Positions 1 through 15,000 of a stretch of 64,000 nt of DNA are shown piece by piece; positions within the stretch are counted from its first letter, which is position 1; every line of letters starts with the position of its first letter. Origin of the DNA: Yuukianura sp. NJ FZ-2021. Taxonomy: Eukaryota. The notes below the pieces were generated by a model. It was given only the letters and a program-made list of their open reading frames with translations. It had not been told where the DNA came from and ran no database searches. The stretch lies in contig CM102283.1 in NCBI GenBank assembly GCA_046563655.1, forward strand, positions 496,001 through 560,000, given 5' to 3'. The translations under genes and the position numbers were made by a program.

Positions 1-615
1 ATTCCTCTGGCTTTCAGCATATCGATATAAGCATTACTTATTAGATCGGACTCTTTAATGTGGAATCTTTCAGTCAATTCTTGAGTAAACTTAACTCCGT
101 CGGCCTCATCACTGTCCTGATCCAGGTTAACCTTAGAAAATCACAAAAATCTGTTAAAATTGATTCCCGTATTCAGTGGTTCTGTCGTCAAAAGGATTTT
201 TTCCAACCTCCAGTTCCAGGAATCTCCCGAGTCCCTCCACGTCATCAATGTGGACGCGTGACACTAGCTTTGAATTTGTGTCAGGCACAAGGTAAAGTTC
301 TCTGTGTTTCTTCACAACCCCAATAATTCCATGCGTACTTTCCAAGATTTGACGGAATTCGGTTCCATTGGGAATTTCAGTTTTGATGAAGTCGCTTCTG
401 GAAGGCCCAGTGTCGTCTGTGCGATTGTAGCCAATGAGGTGTGATCTGGAAGTCGTCCCGTTGACAGTTTCCTGCCGGAGCTTGAGTCGCCCATGGTTGG
501 CCCTGAAGAAAGTATCTGTTTGAAGCAGTTCTTCAACTCTGGTCCCCAGTTGGCTCTTGATGGATTCATATCGCTTATCGTCGTAATGTGCTTTGATCTC
601 AATATTGGAAGGCAT
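1..615 (-). CDS. CYTH-domain (CyaB-like / triphosphate tunnel metalloenzyme) protein, 3' end runs off window
   Basis: N-terminal NIEIKA (ExEK-like) motif, GRLKLR, RVHIDDVEGLGRFLELEV. GT-AG intron 207..132 (phase 0), then exon 131..1 reads VNLDQDSDEADGVKFTQELTERFHIKESDLISNAYIDMLKARG, a typical CYTH C-terminus. Confidence 0.85.
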
Positions 616-1809
616 TTTGCGAAACTAAAAAAAGAACAACATCAAGGTTAGAAACACAAAATAATTTTTGGTGTATTCATTACAGAAAAACAGCACGTTA
701 CCTTGTAGCTCTTGTAAACTAGTTTCCAAATGTTATGGAATGATTGCTGTAATCGAATAGTTGTGAATGCCGCTTTCTTGCCTAGCTAATTGATTAACCT
801 GTTCCAAATGAGTTAAATTAAAAATGTAAACTTACATTACGTAAAGTGTTTCTGTTTATGGCAAGAAGCGTGACACCCATAGCTCGGCACTTTTCGTCAG
901 CTGCCGCTCCTGCAAAGCCCGATCTGTTTCCCTACTCCCAGCTCCCGCTCATCGGATTCCTAATATTTATTTTTGTCTACCCCTAACTAGTGTTGGTGGG
1001 AATCCACTTTTTTAGCGTTTCGTCCAGGATATATCCACTGAATAAATGGATAAATCCGCCGGATGAAACCCAAACCCAGTTTCCGATGGACGAAATTGAC
1101 TTTCGTCCGGAAGAAACCTGGATATATCCACCACTTTCGAGGGTTAGTTGAAGAAATATTTTATCCATCCACCAACACTGCCCCTTAACCCCTCCCCTCC
1201 ATGATTCCGCTAGGAATGTCGATCTTCTCGTCCCGTCACAAGATATCGAGGATTGCAAAGTGCCGAGCTTTGGTGATACCAATCTCAATGTAAGCAACAG
1301 AAAGTTCCCGCCAGAAATTTGCCTTTTGCGGGGTTTGCTAATGAGTTTATATCGGCGTCGATTTATTGAATGTAGATTTTAACGGAAATAAAGATTTATT
1401 TTTTTATAACTTCTAAAAGCATTATCCTTAGTTATAACACCAAAACCTCTGCGTTAAAATTGGAAATAGAAACCGAGGCTACTTTCTGTGTAAATAATAA
1501 AAAACAAACATTTGCTTATGGTCACGAGTTTTAATTTTTTCAAAAAATTGTGAATGAAATTGTTGGATGCAATTTTGCCTGACGTTGAATTTGAGTTCAA
1601 GATCCAGTTACGTTTGGTGTGCATGTCCTCAAATAGCGGAGAAACGAGTTTCAATTCACCTAACGTTTTTTTCACAATCAATTTACTTGTGAAATACAAA
1701 ACTAAAATGCGGAAGAGATCTTTCTCCACTTGATTCAGTTTTGAAGCCACCGAGCAGCATGTAAAACTCTTCAGGTTTGTGAAAATTTTCCTTCTGCAAC
1801 TCCAACTCC

Positions 1810-3340
1810 ATGTTGCTTCATCAAATTTTGGTAAGAAACGAAGAGTGTCTCATTTTGGCCGAATTGTGATTAGTGAAGCATTTGTGCTTAATTTCATGAA
1901 GAATTTTATGAGAATGAGAATTTTATTTAATTTTATGAGAATCAATTTAAACACTTAAGTTTAATTAACTTGGATTAATTGATTCTGCATAGTTTTTGAT
2001 TCTGCTGTGGAGCTCTGACGCCATTGGACGCGAACCTTCCAAAAATGTTTCACCGAAACAAGGATTCTTTGCGTCAAAGTTCCTCAGCAAATTCCAGTCG
2101 CTCAAAAACTTCATTGCAAACTCCATTCCTTCTGCAGGTCAACGACCTGTGCTGTACAAACCTTATCTGAACTTCCGACCTGAGGGGGTCAATGCCCTCG
2201 GGTCATCAGAGCTCAATGCTCCCGTGTCATCTCAGGTCAGTGACCTTCGACCCGATGAGTTCAACAACCCTGGCGAAAATCTTGACACTCCGGGGCCGTT
2301 CGATACGCGCCAAAAGGGCACCAAGTTTAGTGTAATCCGAAACTGGAAGAAGGAGAAGAAGCAGAAAATCCAGGATGTGAAGGAGGCGTTGCAGAACAAA
2401 GTTGACGCGGATCAGGCAGCAGCCGCGGCGCAAGCGCAAACTTTAGCACAACGGAGACAAATGGCCATTTTGCGGCGTCATCACATGCATGGCGTGGTTG
2501 ACGAATATCGTCCTCCTGTGGCAGCTCCGGGGAGCGGATGGGGCTGGAACGAACCTGTGAAACGCCCAAAACCAAAAAAGAAGAAAGCGAAGAAAAAGAA
2601 AAAGAAGAAACCAAAGAAGAAAAAACAGAAGAAGAAAATGGCTGGATGGAACGAGCAGGAAAGCGCGCCTGCGCCAAGCCTAGGATGGCCAAGTACGCCT
2701 GCGCCAACAGTCGGATGGAAACCTGCGCCTAAAGCGCCAAAGAAGAAGAAAGTCAAAAAGAAAACGAAGAAAAAGGGCGGCTGGAGGGAGGAAGGTCAGC
2801 CGTTTGAGGTCAAAATCACTACAACCAAAATACCAAATTTAAAAGTGGATCCAATCCCGCCTGCAGCCGGAAGTCGCATAAACAGTGACGCCTTGACTCG
2901 ACTCGTTATTAAACAGTCTGTGAAGTCTAAAGCAAAAAATACAAAATCCCTTATCCGTAAGAACCCAAAAATCCTAAACGTGGTTCAAAAATACTTTAGA
3001 AAATGGAAAGAAACCACTTTTTTTAGTCGTTTGTTAAAGTTTTTCTTCCTTTCAGGTAAAAATGACAAAATTCTGCGTGAGGACATCAGCCATGAAAACT
3101 TTGCCCAAAGAACAGGGTTTTGGAGGGAGTAACTATGCTGCAGCGGAGGATTCCATGGCTATTGTGCAGAAACACAATTTGGAACAGACGCTAAAACGCA
3201 GAAGTGGAATGCCTACGCAGATTATGAGCGCAGAAGACGATTCGTTGGAAGAGAAGAGAGACGCTGTTCTGCTTTTGCGCCGAATGCCTTTTCTCTTCTA
3301 TGAAGACTCTCATGAAACCAGCATTTACTCTCCATACTAA
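1810..3340 (+). CDS. Secreted Lys-rich low-complexity protein with GW repeats (3' exon structure uncertain; stop at 3132 or 3340)
   Basis: Exon 1810-1830 (MLLHQIL) then GTAAG; acceptor AG at 1991-1992 gives the signal peptide MLLHQILFLILLWSSDA. Poly-K tracts alternate with GW/PAP motifs. Strong acceptor TTTCAG at 3055. Confidence 0.6.
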
Positions 3341-3733
3341 GATTTTACAAATCATTAAATTTCATAATAAATTTTCATTAATTATTTTATATAATTACTG
3401 ACTTCAGGTATTTAATTCATTACTACACAAATTTACTTAATGTGTTTAATTTTAATTTCGGAATTGCAGGTATCGATTCAGCATTTTGTGCTGCGCCCAC
3501 CACACGAACCAATAAAAAATAATTTTCAGAAAGGTTTTGTGTAAAAAAAGAAACGAAGTTGGAGAAAAGTTTTTGTTAGTTTTGTATACTTTATTGACTT
3601 ACTTTAATTAAAATGAAGAACAATAAATAAAAATTTTAAACGATAAATATTTAAAAAATGAAAAATGAAATAAAGTCAAAAAATTTTGAAATGAGTTTAA
3701 AGAATGGCCATTTTGAAGAAGGTTGGAAACTGC

Positions 3734-4660
3734 TCAGTAATTGCCAGGTCGTTGGCAGATGTAGCTGATATGAGTTTGGCAGACTTCGTCGTTGAGTCCA
3801 AAGGGGGCATCGGGGTGATGGGCTTTGACCTTGATGTCAACGCATGTCTCCGGGTATCGGTGTGGCCCAACTTCGTAGTTGTTCGGTTCTCCCTCGTTCC
3901 AGAAAGTGACATTGATTTCCTGTCTTCCGTAAATCCAGTACTGACCTTGACCTCTCTGACTGTTAATATACAGGTCAGTCCCACCCAGCCAAAATGCAGC
4001 ACCTACGAACAAATGGAATCAGTTTGGTAAGGCTAAAATTTGGAAGTAGCTTTTAAATTTTATAGTCTGAAATTATTTTCAATTACTGAATATAAATTTT
4101 TTTGCCACTTTCAATTGGCACGCGATTGACTTACGGTTGGCTTTGGTTGGAATTCCTGCAACGAACGGCTTGAGCTTCCCGCGGAGGAAGTCGAGTTGAT
4201 CTCTGTATATGATGGTAGCCAGCTCACTAACGGTTGAATTAGCTTCGCAGAAGATTTTGGCCTTGTGAAATGGGAGCTGTTTGAAATTAAAAAAAAAGTT
4301 AAATTCGTTTGGTTTAATTAATTGATAACTAAAGTGCCGTTAGATGTTCATGTTTACCGGTGGGTTAGTGTAGACGCTGTAAATCGTTTCATGCCCAAAT
4401 TTATCCGTGTATGTCCATTCAGCAAAGTTAGGAATAGCTCGTTCTTCGGCTAAAAATCAAACAGTCCAAATTTCTAAAATGAAGCACTCAACAATTATGA
4501 ATAAAACGAACATTTTTTGGATTTTGAAAATCTTACGCGGAAATTGGTCTAGGCTGAGCAGTTGAGGAAGGGCCGGCGGCTTAACAGGGTTGCATGTGTT
4601 TATAGCGACAAGACCAACACAAATTACAAGAGCCACAATCATTGCTTCTACTTTTTCCAT
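3734..4660 (-). CDS. Secreted C-type lectin (EPN, mannose-type motif)
   Basis: Signal peptide. Four exons joined by GT-AG introns give FHKAKIFCE...LATI...FWLGGTD...FWNEGEPNN...ETCV...LNDEVC...YICQ. Confidence 0.9.
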
Positions 4661-5576
4661 TTTAACTAAAAGCGTTTCGAAATTTGTTTTATTTTTTATA
4701 ATTGAAAACTGAAGGTGACACTTTGATTTCTGAGGGCAGATTGAACCCTACTCAAGGAGTTTCAGTTTGAAGCAACCGAAATGCTTAACTTTTGTTAATT
4801 TTAGAAACGAAAGCTTTAGCATAGGATTTTTAAAATTAGAAGCGAAGTGACCTGCGGACACTCTAAGCAAAAGGGATGTTTCTTTTCTCAACTAGGATTT
4901 TTTTAAACAAAAGATTTTTTGAATTAGAAAACGTCCAAAGGTATTCTAAAAACAATTCCCTTTGTCAACTTTTCTAAGTTGTCCAAAGTGTTACAAACAG
5001 CTCAAAACTTTTCGTTAGAAATTGTCAACCTTCTAAACAGTTCTAAATAGCATTCTAAACCAAAAAAAAAAAAAAAGAAATCAAAAATAGACGGAATTTT
5101 CAAAATTTTCGTTTGCGTATAGAAGCTTTTACTTGTAATTGCAATTTTTATAAAACGTATAACTTATATAAAATTTATATAATATTTCCATAATTTAAAG
5201 AATTCAACCGCACAAGTCGCATTTCCCTATATAGTTTACTAAAATTCGAGTTTCTGTAAACTCCGGAAGCAGAAAACCACAATAATTTGACGGAATTCAT
5301 GAGAAATATGACTGCAAAATACAATGCAAGGTTTCTGTTTTGACAAGTTTTTGTTACTACAACTGTTCAAACAGAACAGAATTCAATTTATTCACGCAGT
5401 TACTTAACTGAACCGAAATTTTGATGTAGTTTAAATGAGAAACAAAATTCAAGTCGAATTTATTTAAAATAATTTATATAATTTATTAATTAAATTTTGA
5501 ATTAATTCAATTTGAAATCAAATTAAGTTTGACAGTTTTTTAAATCGTTTTTTTTTAAAATTAAGTTTAGTTGTGT

Positions 5577-8072
<2,496 letters not shown>

Positions 8073-9464
8073 CCTGCACCTCTTCCAAGTCAGTTTTAGT
8101 TAAGTTAGGCTTTCCTTAAGCTAATTTTGTGTCTGCGCCACTTGTTTCCTCGTGGCCTGATAAATGAACAGTGGACAGAGGGGGAAGCGAAAGCAAGCGC
8201 TGAACTGTTCCCGTTCTAACATTTTCGGGTGGCAGTTATGATTCCTTTTTTCCTTTGTGGTTTTGATGATGGTGGTGTGGGAACTTTACAAAAGTTCCAA
8301 AGCTGAAACAGAGAGGATAAAAGCTGAAACCTAATAATTTGTCTCGATTATCCCCCCTCCCCCGTCTAACCTAACCACAATGGTTAGGGGGTGCCCCCCA
8401 CTCCCTGATCAACAACCGAAACAAAGACAAAGTCATACACTTTAAGACTTTTTGGAGAGGGATGATCTCAGGAGAGACAATGGACAAGATCTTCACACCG
8501 TTCGAAAACATCCCTCATCTTCATCTTCAAAGATTCTTCAATTTTTTATGGGAACCAAAGGCATCTTCACTGGGGAAAGAACTTACAACTTTTTTTTCAA
8601 AAGAAAATGCATCGAAAGTATCTGTTTGCGAAGAGACGAAATCAGTTTTTGTGGTTTTCAATTTACCGCATCTTTTCCTCTTGAAAATTTGAAAGCTTCG
8701 GAAAATTTGGATTCAATTTCAATCCTGTTGCGTCCAATGTAGATTTTGAGAGAATTGGATCAGGTCACTGGTTGGTGGCAATGATTTTGTTTTTCGTCGA
8801 TTTGCACATTTGTTGCAATTTCAAAATATTTTTTGGTGCGAGAAACAATTTACAATTTTTTCTAAAAATGAATTCGAATTTTGGGGATTCGCAAAAACCA
8901 AAAGTCAAGGTTTTAAATTTTTGTGTTTTTCGTGTTGTTTATGGAGAATGAAATTATTCATGGAAGGGTGTACCCTGACGCCCACAAGGGTGTTGTATTG
9001 AAAAACTAGCGCAAAGGACTACGGCAACGATACTTACTCTGAAAATGCGGAAATTTTATCACATTTAAAATTTGAGAAAAATCATCTAATCATCCCTCTC
9101 AGCTCGTTTGAAATAAAAAATTAAAGTCTCCAGAATAGAGAGAATAGAATAATCTCCAATTTTTTCTAGCGTGAATAAAAGTTGACAGATTTTACGTTAG
9201 ACTTTCTGAAGTCCACAAAACAGTGTATTTACTGTATTTATTTAATAAAAAACTGGCTTTAGTTTAATCAGGTTGAGATCACGGTAGTGTGAATCACCAC
9301 GTAGCGTGATTTGATTACCTTAAGTTATAATCAGCAGTTTCTAATTTTGTCGGCTTTAACCATTGGCGGCTATTGACGTTGGCTGTTGTAGGATTGGCAC
9401 CAACGTATTGTGCAGTTTTTAAACAAAGTGGAACAATTCGAAACCAAGCAAATCGGACTTGTCA

Positions 9465-9605
9465 ATGTGTTCTAGACATTTTAAACATTGTTTTGGTTGT
9501 TCTGAACATGTTCTAGACATTGCTAGCTTTGTTCTGAACATGTTCTAGACATTGCTAGCTTTGTTTTGAAGATGTTCTAAACATCGCTAGCTTATACGTT
9601 TCTAG
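9465..9605. repeat. Short tandem repeat, ~32-bp unit (TGTTCTAGACATT...TTGTTCTGAACA), ~4 copies
   Basis: Directly visible repeats upstream of the chemoreceptor ATG. Confidence 0.7.
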
Positions 9606-9634
9606 AATCAGAGTACGAAAAAGTCACCTCCAAA

Positions 9635-11251
9635 ATGATCCAAAAAAAAAATTTGTGGGTAAATCTAATGTACGCCTGGGCGGAATTTATGCGTTATGTT
9701 TCAATTCATTACAAATTTGGGCAAGGTGTAGTGCCTGATGTGTTTGTAAGTGCACCACAAGTATTCAACAGGATTTTTGCAGCATTTTCAGCAATTGTCG
9801 TTGGAAGTTTTATAGCCTCGATGTACTATGAAGCCTTCTTCGGCTCGGCCACAAAAATAGAAGTGTTACTTGCTATTGGCATCAACAGCGTCTTCAACGT
9901 AATGAATTTGACTCAGTGGATACTCCTTATTCCATCCACACGGAAACGCTGCATCAACGTTACCAACGTCACTTTCCATTATATGTTCCACCTTTCTCGA
10001 GGCTTACCACCATCTTACCAAATCTTTTGTTTTCTATTTTGCTGTACTTCAATCGCCTACCCATTGGTCTACTTTCCGTTCTTATATTTCCTATCATGCA
10101 GATCTCCTGGATTATTTGCTACAATGCATAGTGGAATTTCACTTGCAACAGTGCAACTTGGATACATTGAAACCGAAGGTGCTGATGCATATTTTTACGT
10201 CTTCAATCTCCTTAAATCTTGCATCATCGTGCCTATTTCTGTTGCATTGGGTCATGCAGTAGTCAACCTATTGGTTCTTGGTCATTGGGGGTTCGCATTT
10301 ATATACACAACGAGTCAAGTACTCAAGGAGCTCAATATTGATTTGTAAGTGAACACATTCGGAAAGGAAGGTTAGACAATTTGTATGTACTAGTATACAG
10401 CTCATTACATCCCAACAAATCCTTAACATTTAACATAAACATTGTCCTGTTTGGTAATCGGGAAAGTGATACGCATGCCACACTAATATCTTATCCCCAA
10501 CATATCTCACACCCAATGCAAACTGCTAATGGAAACTCAAGATTTCTTCGAGACAGCTTGGCAAGGTCTATTTTGGAACGAGATGCTGTGTGCTGAGGCT
10601 GACTGTCTAGACTTTTTCTTAGAAAAATTTGTTGAGACCATATATAGAGCTTAAGTATTCTTTTATTATTATTTATTTATTTTTTTATCCTTTTATTATT
10701 ATATACCTTTTATTATTATTAAGTATACGTATTCTTCCTTTTGAACGATATTGTTCTAATCATGTACGTTGCGTTTCAGTGAGACGCAAGAAACTTTGAC
10801 AACCGACGCTGAACACGGTATCCATTCGGCATATATGAAGCTCATGGTCGCATATCATCACTTGGAAGCAGCCTTTGGTCTTGCACTTGAAGTTTTCTTT
10901 ACGAATGTACTTGTAGCCGTAATATACTTTACTGTCATTATAATTGACACGGCTGGCATCCCTCTTTTCGTTCTGGTTGTTATTGGGGTGGCTGATTTTG
11001 TCGCTGTGCTCACTTTATATTTCGCTCTTAATATTGCAACCGGTCTGCACCTTCTTTCCAAAGACTTGCTTGAAATATCCAAAAGACGAGGAAGGACGAC
11101 TTCAGCGTTTCAATCCAAGTTCTGGGCGGGAATGACTCCGATTCGGGTTACAATTGGAAGTCTTTGTTCATTTGAAACAAGAGAGTTCATTTTGTTCATT
11201 TGGAGCGACGTAATTGTTGCCAAAATCATAGATCTCTTAATTGCTTTTTAA
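9635..11251 (+). CDS. Divergent 7TM chemoreceptor (gustatory/odorant receptor superfamily-like)
   Basis: Two exons, 9635-10344 and 10780-11251, joined by a phase-2 GT-AG intron, ~393 aa. Multiple hydrophobic helices and a C-terminal PIRVTIGS...F...I pattern typical of insect-type chemoreceptors. Confidence 0.7.
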
Positions 11252-12047
11252 AGTATTGTTGAAAAAACGGAAAAAGAAAAAAAAATGTCGCGAAACTACT
11301 ATATTCGTCACATTATACCAATACGTCTGTAGGTACTAGATTAATGTAAGTCCAATTAAAAATAATTTTACTTTTAAAAAAAGTAAACTAGTATTTCAAC
11401 TCTTGCTTTAGCTTTATTCATTTTGCAGCTTATAATGCTTCAAGTAATTTCTACTCGTTATGACGATTTAAAATATATTGTAACTTTTGTCATGAAAAGA
11501 AGTGATTCTTTAATGGTCACACCAGAATTGAATTTGATTTGGCTTGTCAGTTTTTAAGATGGAAATTGAAAAATAAAACTCTTCCGATTCGTGTTCTAAA
11601 TTCGTATAAATCTAAACCAGCGTTGTTGCCAGCATTGTTTTACATTAGCGGCTACAATTGGGTGGCGACAAGGCAAAGTTTCTCATGGACGGCTATGTTG
11701 CCGCACTTGTGTAGCCACCCATTGTAGCCACTCAAGATGGCCGATCCGCCTACTAGGCGGATGCACTGTGCGGCTACAATGACAATAGTTAAAGCTTAGC
11801 TCAACCGCACTTTTACACATCGCAGGATCAGACGATCCGAGGATTGGACAGGCAACCCCAAAGCGCGTTTTTTTAGGACTTCACTTTTCACTTTTCACTA
11901 TCCATCACTATCGTCGACAACGTAAACCGTCGATTTAATGTTTACTGTCTGAGATCGGCATTCAGTTCAGTACAGTACACTACTTAACTAACAATTTAAT
12001 TGAAGTTTTTTTAGTTAAAGTACTAATTTGGTTCGGTTGATGACTTA

Positions 12048-15000
12048 ATGGGAGTTCAAGGTCTGTGGGGTATTTTGGAATCCACTGCTCAACCTGTCAC
12101 ACCTCATTCGCTTCGTGGGAAAGTTCTGGCAATTGGTTAGTAACCGAAATTCATTATTCTGAAAAGTTAATTAACCTTAATCAAAATTATAGTTAGGTAT
12201 TATTATTATTATTATAATTAGTGTGTCGATTCCGGATTTCGTTGGGCTCAGGTTTATCTGCCTTAACTTGTGTCTTGAGTGTATGGGGAGGTCTATAAGA
12301 TAGGCGATAATGATTTACGAACTTTAACTTTAGTCTGGTTTTGACCCCTATACTACGCCAGGTCTAGTATATTAGGCTCATGAGGACTTAGGTTAAGTTT
12401 TAATGGAACAAACTTTGTTGAAAATTTTAGCCGTGCATTCACTTCATTGACGTAAATACACCCGATGGTATGACTTCCGATTCTTCGCTTCCGTCTCAAA
12501 TTCCACTTGGAAAAGAACTTCTGCTTAGTCTACTCAACAACAAGTTGATTATTTGTCTCACCGACGGTCGAACCCTTGTTGGAACTTTCGTTTGTGTTGA
12601 TCGCGAAGCTAACATCATCCTTGCCGGAGCCTCTGAATATCCCGACAGTGACATTGTCGGAGACGGAAGGATTTTGGGATTGGCCATGATCCCAGGTCGA
12701 CACGTCACATCCATCAAAGCAGAAAAGAGCTCAGTATTCGCCCAAAGTCAAAGTGTGGACGTGGAGTAACCCCATTTCAACCAAGGTTCCATCGCTTAAA
12801 CCAAATTGGTTTCCTCTCCCTATCATCGTCCATCCCAATCAACCATCGACATGGCATCGTTATCTCCCATTGCACAAGAAATGATTAGTCCCTCTGCTGC
12901 AAACAACAATGGTCCAAACAATAATGATGATGGATCTCCACTCACATCAGCTATCCCACCTCAAAACTACAAAACTGGAGAAGACGTGGATCCACTCAAG
13001 GACGAAAGGTCAGGATTGCTGCGTGAAGTTGGATGTCAAGCCATTTGGAGTTTGTCTTCTTGTAAACCAGGATACGGCGTGGACCAACTTCGTGACTCTT
13101 CTCTGGACAACTACTGGCAATCTGATGGTCAGTTGCCACACTTGGTCAATATTCAATTCAGAAGGAAGATGACTATTCGGGACATTTGCATCTATACGGA
13201 CTTCAAGTTGGACGAAAGTTACACACCGAGCAAAATCAGTGTCCGATGTGGAACTCACTTCAACGACCTTCAGGAGGTGGAAGTCGTGGAATTCAGTGAG
13301 CCGAGTGGTTGGGTTCAAATCTTCCTCAAGGACATGCGCAGTCGCCCCATCTCAACGTTCATGCTTCAGTTGGCGATTTTGAGCAATCATCAAAACGGAC
13401 GGGACACTCATCTTCGACAAGTTCGGATTCACTCACCAGTTCAAAATTTACCAGCCATGGTTTTTCCGGGAGCCTTCGCCGAGGGCCCTTCTGCGTTTAG
13501 AACATTTTCTTCCATACGCTAACTCTCAATTATTTGAATAATCAAACTCATAAGTAAATTTTTGTTAGAAATAAGTACTTATATATAGTAATCACAACAA
13601 ATCTAAAAACTAAATTAAAGCCCTACTGAAAACCATGTATGAATAGTACGGTAACTTATTGCAATTAGGGATTAGTAGAGATCGTAATTAACAAAAAAGT
13701 AATTAAGAGAAAAATTATAGTCCAATTTATTGATGTGACATGACATTGTGTTTTCATTTTTTGTTAACTAGATGTGTCAATTTGGCTTCATCAAGCAGTC
13801 AAGGGTTTCCGTGACAAAGATGGGAATCCTCTTCCGAATGCTCATCTGTTGGGCCTCTTTCATCGCATTTGCAACTTGCTTCACTCAGGCATTCGTCCTG
13901 TGTTCGTTTTCGACGGAGGAGTTCCAGCGTTGAAGCGACAGACACTGGCAGGACGGCGGCAGAAGAAAGTAGATGCAGCATCCAAGTCAGAATCTGCCCG
14001 ACGGAAACTCCTTTCCAACTACCTTCAGAGCCATGTTCAGCAAGAAGCCAAGAAAGCGTTGCCACCATCATTACGAATGGCAACCAAAATTAGAACTTTG
14101 GCAACTACGAGTTCACCCGACAAAAAACGAAGTTCACCGCAGAAGAAATATGGAGAAGACGAAGATTATGAACTGAAGGAACTACGCCAAAAACTTGGTG
14201 AGAAATTCACATTTTAGATTATTTTTTAAAATTTCATGTTTATGTTTTTTTAAATTCTTCACTTGCTTTGAAAGATGAGTACGATGAAGAGGAAGACTGG
14301 ATCCAAAGTTCGGAGGAATCAAGTGGCTCCGAAGACTTCGATGAGAGGAGCAGTAGAAACTATGCTGATGACTTCTCGACAATTACTTCTGCCCACTTCG
14401 ACTCTCTTGACTTGGAGAAGCAACATGAAATCCTGTTTCAGATGCAAGAATCCAAGAAAACCAACTCTTGGAACAAGATGGCCGAAATGCCGAGAGAAGC
14501 CGGGGAGTTCAGTTCCTTTCAAATGGATCGACTGCTGAAGAGACGTTATCTCCAGAAGAAGATCTTGTCAGTCCAGAAGGAAATGGGACAACGTCATATC
14601 CATGTTCAGAACTTAGATGAACTGTCACTGTACGAAGCTGAGTTTGGAACTGAGCCTCAAGTAGTTGGGTCCAAGGACAAGGGAGCATTGTTCCTCAAAC
14701 CAAAACCAGTGGTTTCTGGCAAGTCCTCCGATGAAGGTACCGTCAAGCCTACAACAAACCCGGACTTGGGGAAAGTTGTTGAACAAGTAAAGAAATCGGA
14801 AGATTCTAGTCCACAAACAGGTCCTTCGCGAAGAAGATATTTTGATGAGGAGGGCGCCGATATCCAGTTGGCACTTGAGTTGTCACTAAAATCTGCGGTA
14901 GGAAAAACTGTAAAGGGTGAGGATGAAGATTTGGAAAGAGCCATTCAGATGTCCATGGAGAACGAAGATACTAGCACAGTCACAACGCCCGATCGACAAG

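Noticed and set aside
858-986. 42-codon ORF resembling a mitochondrial microprotein (MARSVTPIARHFSSAAAPAK...)
   Set aside because: Too short, with no recognisable family; cannot be supported without expression data.
2227-2756. Phe/Ser-rich minus-strand ORFs
   Set aside because: Antisense shadows of the poly-Lys coding region.
2520-2790. GWamide/kinin neuropeptide precursor
   Set aside because: The GW motifs are not followed by G-K/R amidation and cleavage sites.
11640-11780. Hairpin/MITE upstream of XPG (GGCTACAATTGGGTGGC / GCCACCCATTGTAGCC)
   Set aside because: Imperfect inverted repeat without clear termini or TSD; insufficient to classify.
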